A DNA stretch of 64,000 bases, from assembly GCF_036321535.1 (NCBI RefSeq), contig NC_087437.1, forward strand, positions 107,634,001 through 107,698,000, read 5' to 3'. The number at the start of each line of letters is the position of its first letter. The first letter of the stretch is position 1. A model generated the notes under the pieces. The model had not been told where the DNA came from and did no database searches. It saw nothing but the letters and a program-made list of their open reading frames with translations. This document shows positions 1-11,558 of this stretch, piece by piece. The stretch is from Camelus dromedarius. Taxonomy: Eukaryota. Both the position numbers and the translations under genes were made by a program.

Positions 1-399
1 CTAAAACTCTGACCACCCTCCAATTTTCAACTTTTTTAATATCCTTCAAAGTGTCTTTCCATGAGATTTTTCAAAGTGGATTTTTAAAATCTGATTTAAG
101 ATTTCTTGAAACTGTAGAATCCACCACATTCACTTTAATGGTGAGAATATTTCTTGGATTATTCTATTATTTTATGTCCAGTTATTTTTTTTGTATTTTC
201 TCTTTTGTCACTTAATGATGGTACAACTTTTAAATTTGACTGATTTCCTCAGTCACTGGGGATGTATCATTACTAGTTTTTATGTTCTTAACTCATATTT
301 AGTTTTTCTTTGCCAGGATTATAAAATAAACAATCATTTCCTGTTCCTTTTCTCCTTCAAAGTCAGTAATTGTAAAAGTGTCAATAATTGTAAAAATTC

Positions 400-1420
400 A
401 TAATTTTATTCCCAGGCAATGATTGAGCTATAAACAATATTTTCTTTCATTCTTGTATTTAAGTATTAACATAGCATGTTATCTTATTAGTTTTGTAGTT
501 TATAATCACTTTATGATTCATGAGCAGTCCTCTAATGACTGTTTCTCCTCATTTTTTCTTTTATATTTTGAAGTTGTCAAAAGATTTAATTTTCTTTTCA
601 TTGGATTACTTCTGCAAATAATATACTCAGAAATTACTTGTTTCTGTTGCTTTTTATATGAATAATTTGGGGATTGCTGCCTTGATCTGTCAAAATACTG
701 TAAATGCTCTACCACTGAATTTTAGCTTCTATGTTGGTAGAACAGGAAACTTTGTTGTAAACCTCATTCTCCTTTCCTTGTTAAATAAGCTTTTAAGTAA
801 TCTTCTTAGAAATCTGAAATATCTTCTTTTTTTCTTTTTTTTTAATTGAAGTAGAGTCAGTTACAATGTGTCAATTTCTGGTGTACAGCACAATGTCCCA
901 GTCATGCATATATATACATATATTATTTCTCATTAAAGGTTATTACAAGATATTGAATATATAGTTCCCTGGTTATACAAAAGACATTTGTTTTTTTAAA
1001 TCTATTTTTATATATAGTGGCTAACATCTGAAAATATCTTCTTAATCCATGGAGATCAACAATGTCACTAGCTTACATAAAAATGCCTGTCTGTTTGTTT
1101 GATTAATTATTTCTCGTCTTCAGTGAGTTCTTTTGTTCTAAAATCTCAGTCTGTCTTCAGTTTAGGGGTTTAAAATGTGTATTTGATTATTAATTTGTAT
1201 TCTTGTGCTCATTTTGCTTTTTCTGGACCTCCAATTATTTCCACATGAAGTCTCTTAGAAATTTCCTGTACTTCTTATCTTGTTACTCATAATATTGCTT
1301 TTTTTGTTTTGTTTTGTATTTGTATTGTGACCTTGTGTTCTGAGACAATTCTGAAATTGAATCTTCCAAATCACACATTGGGTTTTCAGAAATGTCCATT
1401 GTTTCATTTGATTTCCTATA
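400..1420 (-). mobile_element. Ancient, highly decayed L1 (L1M/HAL1-type ORF1-region) fragment, interrupted by a younger L1 3' end
   Basis: T-rich antisense L1-like phrases (aacctcattctcctttccttgttaaataag; cttcagtgagttc...cttcagtttaggg; ttttctggacctccaattatt). Boundaries approximate. Confidence 0.45.
829..1031 (-). mobile_element. 5'-truncated cetartiodactyl/camelid-type L1 3' end with poly(A) tail and TSD
   Basis: Poly(T) at ~827-844, then 'aattgaagtagagtcagttacaatgtgtcaatttctggtgtacagc...ggttattacaagatattgaatat'. Direct repeat aaatatcttctt at 817-828 and 1032-1043. Confidence 0.9.
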
Positions 1421-3872
1421 TTTACTTATTTTCCTCCCAGTTCAGGAAACTAACCACCAGAATTTCCTCTGACTATTGACATTGAAGTTAGTATGAAACC
1501 AACCAAAGAAAATGTATATATATATTTCATTGTATTACATTATTACACACTAAGTGTTATATTTCTTTATTACATATATTATATATATGCTTTGTATATT
1601 ACATAAGGTGGCTGTATGACATATATTGTGTATGTGCATATACATATACAAATGTGTGCAATCTCTCTCTATGTAACTACGTAGTATGTCATTTTTCATA
1701 TTTTCTTTAAATATTGGGCCATTTGAGGAAATAAACTTCAAGGAATTGGGAGAAATTTAAGATAAGCTCCCAAATTTAATTTTGTGCTTTTAGTAGCTAG
1801 ACATCTTGCTTCATAACTTTCCAGCCTTAGTAAAAGGATAGCTGACTCAACCCAAATCCAAAATATTTAAATTTAAATTTCTTACCATAGTGAGTGGAAG
1901 TAAATAAGATAAATAATGATGGTTCTACTTTGCCCTTCATAATAACACAGGAAATTGTGATACACATCATAGAACTGAGTCATTCCTACCAAACTCCATG
2001 AGTAAATTCAGATTCTGTTTGCCCTTGTTTATTTTTTAAGAATTATTAGGAATTTCTGTTTGGACTATTTTATACATTCTACCAATTTGTATGCTTCTTT
2101 CTCTTTATTTATTACACAAATATCTATTGAGTGCCTATGATTTGTCAGTGTTATGTTGTCTGTGTTGTAATTTTCTTTAAAATATTTCCCTGTATGACAT
2201 CTATATCCTTCCATTTAAAATAACACTAAATCTACCTTGGAGGGAGCTTTTCTTTCAACACACTCATTGAGTAATCAAGGTCAGAATGCAGAGACAGGAA
2301 AGATGCAGGACTGTGCTGCACCTGCTTGACAAAAAATGACTGCAGTGTGGCATTTATGACACATACAACCTGTCATCAACATTGTGGTGATGGAGGGGAA
2401 AAAAAAAAAACTTCTGTGTATTAATTTGATGAAGTTCCAGATTATTTGCCTAAAGAAAGGGAATAAACAACTTGGCTTGGATTAATTTTAGCCACAACCA
2501 GAAACTGCAGCTGCTAAAACATATAGATTAGGCACAATGATATTTTAATAAAACCTGTGAATTCAAACTGACATTTACTAACTTGAAATCAATTCCTTTC
2601 TCTTCTTCAGCTTCTGATAGAGGATTTCACTAAACAGACTACAAAGTGAAGGGGCCCTAAGAGTTAGAAACAGAGTTAATAGAGGTCCTTACTATGTGTT
2701 GTATTGATTTAGGCTGGAATACAAACCACTCTCTCAGAAGCTGAGGTTAGGTGTTCTCTCATAGACCCTAGGTTGAATCTTATCCTGTGGCCTTGCTCCA
2801 AAAGAATTTTCATATTCCCCAAAACCTCTTGGGAGAAGGGGAAAAAACAAACATTTTTAAACTTGTTGCACATGACCTCTCATTTCCTCTTACTTTCCAC
2901 ATCCATCATTTTTTCAGGCGAACCTAACAAATTACTTGCCAAAAATAGTCACGAGTGCTAACTTAATGGATGCATATTTAGGGTCCAGATATGAACTGAG
3001 ATTTCCTTTGTCATCAGTATTCTAGCCCTAAAGTGCTTTTTAAGGCATGTCAGATAGTTGAACTGGAGGCTGTTCCTTGGGGATGCAAATATGTGGAAAA
3101 AATAAAGTGTCCCCTTTTTCAGTGAAAACTGGCCAAGAAGACAAAGCAAGGACTGATACACCAGAGCAAACTGATTCAAGGAGGGTTTTCATCAGTAAAT
3201 TATCTAGAAGTCATTTTACCTGATTTTACTGTTCCTCCCTCTAAGGATGTGGGGGGAAAATCCATTTATTTTAGAGTGTGTACTGCTAACCTACCCCATG
3301 TTTATTCACTTTGCATTGTTCATGCTTAAACAGGGCCTCTTTACTTTCAAGTGGAAGAATTTCAAGGAACTTAATGATTTACAAAAATGCATTGTGCTGA
3401 CATTTCAGTGGCCAAAATTCTACCCAGTTCTCACAGATTCAAGGCCAAGAAAATCTCACTGGTGTGATTAGAAATGAAAGGAAATTCTTAGGATCACTGA
3501 ATAGTTTAAGAACTATAGGCTTGCTGGATTGCCATTGCCCCTGCTGGTCATATTTCTATAATTAGGTCAGTATGCACTTCTAAAACATGGAAACAAATCA
3601 AATGAAATAAAAAAGAGGCTTTACGGAAATTGGCTTGTGGACAACACCAACACACATAATTTAAATGTGCATACCATAAAGAAAATCAATATTTGGACAA
3701 GTTATAGGAAATATTGTCAAGTAACCACTCTCAAGAAGGAAATCTAGACATACAATTATGTGTGTACCCCACCCCCGTTGCAGGGTAAGTGAGGACCATT
3801 GCGGGATCTTGTGGAGAGGTGAGGAACTTGGAATTTCCCAGTAACCAAATCCACAGAGTGGAAAACACCATT

Positions 3873-4137
3873 TGTATCAGTTAAAACTTTTTTGATTGCA
3901 AGCAACAGACACTCCCTAGAGCTTGTTTAACCACGAAAGGGAATATGCATAAAACACAGGGATGCCATCCAGGGATCAGAATGTAGCTGGGGCTCAGGAG
4001 TGGACTGGAAGCAGGAATCAAAGCAGCAGGGAATCCAAAATCTTCTCTCTTTTCATCTCTCATCTCTCTTTCTCTCTGTCTCTGCTTTATTCTTTCCTCT
4101 GTGAAGCAGACTATTTCTCTGGCCATGACTTGGAAAA
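3873..4137 (-). mobile_element. Old MaLR LTR fragment (MLT1K/L-like)
   Basis: Starts 'tgtatcagttaaaacttttttgattgcaagcaacagacactcc', typical of antisense old MLT1 ends; followed by a CT-rich segment. Confidence 0.55.
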
Positions 4138-4138
4138 C

Positions 4139-4303
4139 TAGGTTGCCTACTTTGATTACCTATAAATTTTTTTCAGATAAACAACAAATCATTTATTTAG
4201 AGTAAGTGTGTCACTGCAATATTTAGGACATTTATAATAAAAAATATTTTTTGTTTGAAATTCCAATTTAACTGAGTACTCTGAATTTTATCTAGCGACC
4301 CTA
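4139..4303. mobile_element. MER53 palindromic hAT MITE
   Basis: TIR-like ends taggttgcc / tctagcgacccta; internal 'ttcagataaacaac...taagtgtgtcactgcaatatttaggacat...gaaattccaatttaactgag' matches recalled MER53 consensus. Confidence 0.85.
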
Positions 4304-4314
4304 CTACCTACCCT

Positions 4315-4910
4315 GCAGCCAGATTTACTAATTGTTAATATTTGCCACATTCCCTTATCATTCTCCCCATCTCTCTCTCTCTTACTTTTCTCTGTCTCTA
4401 CATATGTGCACAGCATGCACACACACAAGATTTTTATTTTCTGAACCATTTGAGAGTTTGCACGCATCATATACATTTACCTATATATACTGCCAGGTTT
4501 ATTTTCTAAGGACAGGGATATCTTCTTGCATAAGAAAATAAAATTACAAAAATCATGAAATTTAATGCCGAATATATGCAATTGATTAATATGCAGTCCA
4601 TGTTCTGATTTCCCAATTTGTCACAATACTGCACTGTAGATAATTTCTCTCTAGTCCATGAGTCAATTCAGGGTCACACTTTTTTTCGTCATAATTCTTT
4701 AATTCACCTGTAATCTTAAACATTCTTCAGCCTTGTTATGTCTCATGATATTGTCGTGTTTGGAGGAATTAAGGTTAGTCATTTTATATAATGTCCCTCA
4801 ACTTGTGTTTGTTCGATGTTTCCTTTTGACTAGATAAAAGTTATGCGTCTGTACCACGGATACCACAGAAATAATACTGTCCTGCTAAATGCAACGTATC
4901 ATGTTGATTA
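4315..4910 (-). mobile_element. Old L1 3' UTR fragment (L1MC4/5-like)
   Basis: 'ccagatttactaattgttaatatttgccacatt', 'ttttctgaaccatttgagagtt', 'aaaatcatgaaatttaatgccgaat' resemble antisense L1MC 3' UTR. Confidence 0.65.
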
Positions 4911-5157
4911 CCTGTATATTTCTGTTCCCGCATTCATTGCCTTTCCTCCTTTTAAAATAAAATAATTTTCCTGTTCTAATCTCAGGCCAACTTCCCTCTT
5001 CTCTCTTGCTTCCTTGTGTCTCATACTCTTTCATCTATTCGAGGACTTTACTTCTGCAATGATCTCTTCCTTCTCTTCCATTACCAAGTTTTTCTGTAGG
5101 TTGGATGATTTCTAACAGCCTACAGACAGTCCATAATTTCTCCCATATTAAAAATAA

Positions 5158-5437
5158 AAAAAATTTACAAAGCATTTGGTCACCTGAAATACACACTATG
5201 GAAATAAATGCTATTTTTAGCAGTTCATAAAAGCTATAGTCTAATTTTTACATGGGAACAAGGCCATGTATTGGGCATTAATTTTTATTTCAGAAAGTGA
5301 CTTGTTTTTTCTGGTGGCTTTTACGATTTTTACTCTAAGTAACTTTTCTTGAATTGCATTTTTGTGTTTCCTATAAAATGTATTATTATTAAAGGTCAGT
5401 TTGGGTGCTTTAGAAAAAGAAAAGAAAAAGAAATAAA
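5158..5437 (+). pseudogene. Putative processed 3'-UTR retrocopy or orphan 3' transduction inserted in L2
   Basis: Non-L2, U-rich UTR-like sequence; ATTAAA at 5388-5393; A-rich tail from ~5412; TSD taaaaataa at 5149-5157 and 5438-5446; L2 resumes afterwards. Confidence 0.6.
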
Positions 5438-6121
5438 TAAAAATAACAGGCAAACAAAAGCAACAGTAACCACAAACAACAGCAAACATTTCCTGGGTTC
5501 CACACCTCTCTCCATCTATTACCCCACTCCTCCGCTTATCCTTATAGTAAAAATCTTCAAAAGAAATGAGCAATATTTGACTTTCTCCATTTCTGTTTTC
5601 TTTAGGGTTTCCATTAAGACTTTCATTCCCACTATGCTATGGAAAATGCTATTGTTGTTGAAAACGTCCATTCTACTAAAAATGCTCATAATTTCCATTT
5701 CCTTCTCCCAGCCAATAGGATTTGATAGTATTTATCACTTCCTTCTTGAAAACTTTTTACATTTGGCTTTCAAAAGATCTCAGCCTCCTGGTTTTTCTTC
5801 TGTCACCTTGTTTCTCTTTCCCAGGCTCTTCTGTGAGATTCTTTCTCCTGAACCTTAAGAGATGACGTTCCTTCATGCACAGAATTTTTATTCTCCAGCT
5901 AAAAACTCTCCCTAACTAATCTCATACAGTTTCATGGCTTTACAGATTTCAAATTTCTCTTTTCCACTTAACAATCTCAAGACTTACATATTCATTTGTA
6001 TATTTCAGAGGTGCACTTATCCATCTATTTGACTTTTCAAACTTAACATAATTAAATGATAACACTTCTTTCCCTTCCCAAACCTGCTAGTCCTCATTCT
6101 TCCTCATTTAAATGAAAAGTT

Positions 6122-6214
6122 TGTACTTTATGATAATAATTTCTTAGATTAATAAAGAGCCTTCAAATTGCTTTTAGAGAAGTAAATAAAATAAAATAAA
6201 ATAAAATAAAATAA
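6122..6214 (+). pseudogene. Putative ultra-short retroposed 3' end with (TAAAA)n tail
   Basis: AATAAA at 6151-6156; (TAAAA)n tail from ~6183; TSD aatgaaaagtt (6111-6121) / aataaaaagtt (6215-6225); interrupts colinear L2. Confidence 0.55.
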
Positions 6215-6222
6215 AATAAAAA
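6183..6222. repeat. (TAAAA)n microsatellite
   Basis: About 7-8 direct TAAAA units. Confidence 0.95.
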
Positions 6223-8149
6223 GTTACACTATTCATTGAATTATTTAAGCTACAAAATTATGCTCAGTTGTTCCATATCTCTTCACATCTGATCCATCAG
6301 TATGTTTTATTTGAACTACCTTCAAAATACCTCAAACTTCCACAATTCTCATCACTTTCTCAGTTATCTCCTTAGTCCTAGCAAACAACATTTTTAACAT
6401 GGATTTCTCCAACAGCTTCCAAAGTGACTTGCATTATTTGACTCTTACCCTTTTACAAGTTTATAGTCAGCACAGCCTGTGAAATATTGTTCTAAAAGTG
6501 TAATTCTGATCACATAACTCCAAAGTTCAAAATATTGCAGTGACTTCGAATTAAATTTTGAATAAACTCCAAATTCCTTAGCGTGGCCATCTTCTATCCT
6601 CAAAATGAATTTCTTACCATGCTCCTTCGATCACACAATCTCAGTCATGATGGCTTTCCTGTGATGTTCTCACATAGTAACATTTCTGCCTCAGGAACTT
6701 TGCAAGTGCTGCTCCCTCCACCTGGGGTGCCCTTCACCTGGCAGTCTCCGTGATTACTTCCTTTCCACTCTCTGTCTCAGTTTAAATATTATCTACTCTC
6801 TGGCCTAGATTTCCACAGTAGCATTCTTCTTCTAGCCACCTGCTATCTTATCACTCTCTTTTACTGCCTTCATCATTCTCATTATTTTCCATATTTATCT
6901 TATTTATTTGTTTAGCTTCTTATTTCCTGTCTGTAAAATCTGACAGATTGAGGACTTATCTTTTTACCAGAGCTTCCCAATTGCATACAAAATAAATGCT
7001 CAGAAATATTGATTGGAAGATGGATGGACAAGAGGAAAAAGATGGAAGGAAGAAAGGAGGGAAAGGAAAAATTAGTTTGAATATTTCCAGGGGTGATAAA
7101 CAATATTTTTAAAAACTGGAATTTTGAAAGACCCACACTCACTTGGAATTTCTAATGTAAATAAACTTCACCATCATGCTGGATAGGTGAAAAATATCAA
7201 GGTTGAAAATGATACTTTTTTGTGACTAACAAAGTTTTTGAAGGAATTTCTTCAGAATCATTATAAACTGAAATTCATTTTAGAAATAATTTCATATGGG
7301 AAAGTGTTTTTGGAATAAGTACACATGTAGATATAAAATATAATGGAATAAAAGTAATTTGACTTATATCACTTATGTTCTTAAATTCCCTCAGCATTTA
7401 CAACACTATCAGATGCATGAAACTCTTCACCTGGAGTATAAAGTTGTTGATGGTCTGTCCCTAGCTTAAGTGTGCATATTTTGCATTTTATGACCTAATC
7501 ATGGAAAATTAGGTCCCCTTCTACCTGCCACTTTCCTCCTCCCAACCCACAAATGCTTTATCAAAGCTTATATCTAACCTCAAAACTCAGTATCATTTCT
7601 CTTCTGTAACTTCTACCAGCCATCATCTGTGCTCTCCCTTCCAGCCAAGTTACATTAGGTTTACTTACCAACTGGCTCAAGGAGTGCTGGGAAGAGAACC
7701 CACAGCCTGGAGATTTCCCTTCTCCTCTCCCTTCCCCTTTCTCAGCCCCTCCTTCTGCAGAGTAGAGATGCTGATATGATTGTTCAGACTTCTGGACCTG
7801 AACATGAGGTCAGAGTCTATTCCAGACAAGCCAGCAACTCCTTCCCAAGAAAGCCATCTCCTCTTATCTCACTTTCCAAGTTCCATGCTCCTTTCATGGG
7901 AGATTGCAAACGGTAGCATTGTGACTATGAATAGGGAAGAAAGAGGCACTACTTAGGTTCTTAGGACCAAGAAGAACAGCTATCCAGTTTCTAGAGTTGT
8001 TTTACATGGGATGTTTTTGTGACTCAATTAACATGACATCATTTGCTAATGTTCCCATGAATGTACATCCTTAAGTGTTCAGGGAAGGAGAGAGGGGAGG
8101 CATGTTTGGAGAATTGCCTAGGTCTTCTAGACTAATACCACTTACAACT

Positions 8150-8315
8150 GTTTACTGCATTGTATCAATACTCCAATGAGGGTCATAATTTTTATTATAT
8201 TATTTGAAAGAATTTATAAACTATAATTCTAATTCCAAGGTCCAGCACTGAACCTGCTTTTCAGGTGCTTAATAATGGTTGGTTGACTGAAAGATTAATT
8301 GAATGGCTAAATGAC
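8150..8315 (+). mobile_element. L2 3' end fragment
   Basis: 'ccagcactgaacctgcttttcaggtgcttaataatggttggttgactgaa' resembles the L2 terminus. Confidence 0.5.
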
Positions 8316-8789
8316 AGTATTCTATGAATGTAGATGTTTTTACGTATTGCCACTATTTCTTGTCTTTTTTTTTTTTTTTTTTTTGATGACTTCCTCTTTA
8401 GTTAGAATCTGTTCAGGAAAATTTTCTTTTTAGACTTTAAAGTTATGTTAGAATAAACAGTTACTCTTACAGCAAAGGCAACCGTGAGCTCAAGGAAAGT
8501 AATTTAGGTTCTATACTTGCCAACATTTCATAATTTTAAACATGCAAAATATTATTTTAAAATAAATGACCCCAAAGTCAAGATGAATAAATTAGAAGCA
8601 TTGAAAGTGCTCGTAATTCTGATAATGATCTAAGGAAGTTGTACCTTATTTATCTTTGTTTATAATTTGAAGTATGATGTTTAAATATGTTATAAGCTTT
8701 TGAAATTGTTTGCAAGTTACATGTCTTTTGCTTGGTTAAGGAGGTTTTATACTTTTATTAAACTTTAAAACTGAGGATAAAATTGTGTC

Positions 8790-8955
8790 ATCTGATTTAG
8801 GATCGATAAATCCCAGCTCTCTGTCAAATTTTTTCATTTGAATAATGGACTAGTGATACCATTTACTTCATATAGTGATTCCAATAATTAAGTTATATTA
8901 TTCATTTAAAGAACTGAGCATAGTTGTCTAAATATAGTAAATATTTAATGTGTAT
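8790..8955 (+). mobile_element. MIR SINE
   Basis: 'aaatcccagctct...tttttcatttgaataatggactagtgataccatttacttcatatagtg...aaagaactgagcatagttgtctaaatatagtaaatatttaat' MIR core and tail. Confidence 0.65.
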
Positions 8956-10429
8956 CCTTGTACAATTATGAAGCTGGTAAATTAGTGATTTGGTGATTAA
9001 ATAGCAAAAGCAGTAAACATTTTTAAATGAGACTGCAAATATAGATTTTCTAAGTTTTATCATAATTATATAAATTCAATAAATGAATTGAGACCAAAGT
9101 GCTTAAGGGAAAAAGGTCTAATGAGAATCTGAATTCTAGCTCTATCTTCTGAAATGCAAAGTAGACACAGAGGTACAGCAGCTCTGAGTCTTTCTTCTGG
9201 GTCCTTTTAAATTTGACCCTTAGAAATGCATCTTAATGTTTAAAAGATGAACTCAGCAAAGGAATCCCTAATTCATTTTAAATAAATGCAATTTACAAAA
9301 AAACTTAAAATACCATACCCGTTTCATATATATCACTTAAAAGTGATATTAGTATACCTCAGTTCCCTTTATAGAGAACTTCTGAATGAAATGAAGAATA
9401 TAGAATAATGATAAATATTGCCCACCCTAGCCCACTTCTTCTGACAGCAATGGCCTCTTATGAGGTAAGGTCAATAGATGAATTTAAAATGATTACATAA
9501 ATATCTTAGATAAGGTTTTTTTTTGTTTTTTTTTTTTTAACCTTCACCTAGTCTACATCTGACTGTGGTGGCTGTAAGTGGCATTTCCATAGAGCATATC
9601 CAACTGCCAATCCTTCCATAGAAAGTGGCCCTCTGCAGGTACACTTCCCCTTTTATGCTTTCTCGCTGTATAATTCTCCTAAAAACCCATGCTCTGTCTA
9701 GTTATTAGTCTTCTACTTGGTGGGGATATCCCTTAAGGATAGCCTAGGCTTGTCTATAGTCCTATTGTCAACTTTCCTCCAATTTCCTTTGTTGATTTTG
9801 GCTGTCAGTTGCCCTCCTCAAGCACAGTTAATACTTTGAAATAGTCTCTTATTTTCACATCAATCACCAATCTAAGGTTGACTGGCCTTTTTTATAGCCT
9901 AAACGGTAACTTTAACTCAAGCTAAAAATCTTAGGTGCAAAGCCTCAACACGAAGCATGTGATTGCAGGGCTCCGTTGTACTAAATTATAATACATAAGA
10001 AAGTAACAGCTTCTAATACTTAATGCAAAACACTTCAGAACTTCCACCCCGCTAATCTCCGGAAACATGATTACTTTTCCCATAACCTCAAGTCCAAGGA
10101 CTCTGGGGATGCTTATTCATTCCAAGAATCAGTGCTAGTCACCACTGTGTCACGGACGAGATCGGAAAGTCTGCTAAGCCTGTTCAAGAGCCTTGTTCTT
10201 TGTTCACACGAGTCACAGAAGCAAAGTCACAGAGTTCCTGCTGAAACCCAGAAATACAGCAGTTGTGTGCTACACCTGATGCTCCTGCTGTGTGTCCTGA
10301 AGGTATATATCCATCTTAGATGAATTATTTTCTATTTGTTTAATCTTAAAATGATACTCTTGCCATATAGTCTAAGATTACATAAATTCAGGTCCACATT
10401 TCTAGCAACAGGATGGACAAAATAAGAAA

Positions 10430-10885
10430 AAAATGAACAAAATCCTCCTCCCTTGAAGGATACGGTGCTAAAGTTGCACATATCAATTCTGATTACATTC
10501 AATTGCCCATAAATTAATTGCAAGGAAACTCAGGAAATTTTGGCCTTTATTCTGTGTGGTCAAGGGACAAGCTAAGAATAAATAATTTATTGCTATCAGA
10601 GGAAAGAAAATAGCCATTGGAGGTAGCTATTTCTGCCATCATCCCTTTGGGCTACCTATAAACTCATCATACTTTTCTTTTCAATTATAGAATAAGCACT
10701 CCATTCTCCATGGGGGATCACTTATATGTTCTCCACACCTACTCAACCAGAGTGAAGCCCAGCATTTCACAGTGATGTCAGACAGAATCAGCACTGGCTT
10801 GGTTGTGCATGGCCAGCAGCCTGAAACCTAAAACACAACCTACTTCCAACTCCCCTCTTCTGACCCAAAGCCAATACACAAAGCA
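10430..10885 (-). mobile_element. MaLR LTR (MLT1J-like) and adjacent internal sequence
   Basis: 'gcaaggaaactcaggaaattttggcctttattctgtgtggtcaagggacaagctaa...gaggaaagaaaatagccattggaggtagctatttctgccatca' resembles an MLT1J end. Confidence 0.6.
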
Positions 10886-10899
10886 AAAGTAATACCTGG

Positions 10900-11150
10900 C
10901 AGGGAAGGTGTGGGGGGATAAATTAGGAGTTTGGGATTAGCACATGTAAACTATTATATATAAAGCAGATACACAACAAGGTCTTGCTGTATAGCTCAGG
11001 GAATTATATTCAATACCTTGTAATAACCTATAATGAAAAAGAATATATATTATATATACATATATATATATATATGCATATGTATAACTGAATCACTATG
11101 CTGCACACCAGAAACTAACACAACATTGTAAATCAAATACTCTTCAATAA
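10900..11150 (+). mobile_element. 5'-truncated cetartiodactyl-type L1 3' end with TSD
   Basis: 'gggataaattaggagtttgggattagc...tataactgaatcactatgctgcacaccagaaactaacacaacattgtaaatcaa...caataaaaaa'. TSD aaaagtaatacctgg (10885-10899) / aaaagtagcacctag (11151-11165). Confidence 0.9.
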
Positions 11151-11315
11151 AAAAGTAGCACCTAGATAACCAAAATTAACCTTCTGTTTAGAAAAGGGTG
11201 GAGTTCAAACACAGGATGTTCACTAATCCATGGTCATTATCAAATACATTTGGGCACGAGTTGAGGCTGTTCCTGACCTGGTAGCAAAGTGAGCTGTTTG
11301 CTCAAACTGAGATTC

Positions 11316-11558
11316 TGTTATGGGTGAATTTGTTTCTCCTTAAGAAAAGGTATGTTGAAGCCCTAATCTCCAGTACCTCAGATGTGACCTCATTTGGACA
11401 CAGGGTCATCACAGATATAAGTCAAGATGAGGCCATATTGGAGTAGACTGTGCCCGTAATCCAACGTGACTGGTGTCTTTATAAGGACAGGAAAGAGATA
11501 CAACATAGATACAAGGAGAACGTGATGTGAAGATGGATGATTGGAGTGATGTCCCTAC
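11316..11558 (+). mobile_element. MaLR LTR 5' part (MLT1B/C-like)
   Basis: 'tgttatgggtgaattt...gtatgttgaagccctaatctccagtacctcagatgtgacctcatttggacacagggtc...aagatgaggccatattggagtag'. Confidence 0.85.

Larger units (their letters stand above)
4960..7025 (+). mobile_element. L2 (L2a-like) ORF2 3' part and 3' end, fragmented by two later insertions
   Basis: CT-rich L2 motifs ('tcacttccttcttgaaaac', 'aaactccaaattccttagcgtggcc', 'ctgcctcaggaactttgcaagtgctgctccctcc'); L2 terminus 'aaatgctcagaaatattgattggaagatggatgg'. Confidence 0.8.

Noticed and set aside
5349..5858. Longest ORF in the track (169 aa)
   Set aside because: Non-ATG start; runs through the A-rich tail of the insert and decayed L2; low-complexity peptide with no recognisable domain.
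9328..9350. Short perfect hairpin atatcactt-aa-aagtgatat
   Set aside because: A 9-bp AT-rich stem is expected by chance in 64 kb of AT-rich DNA.
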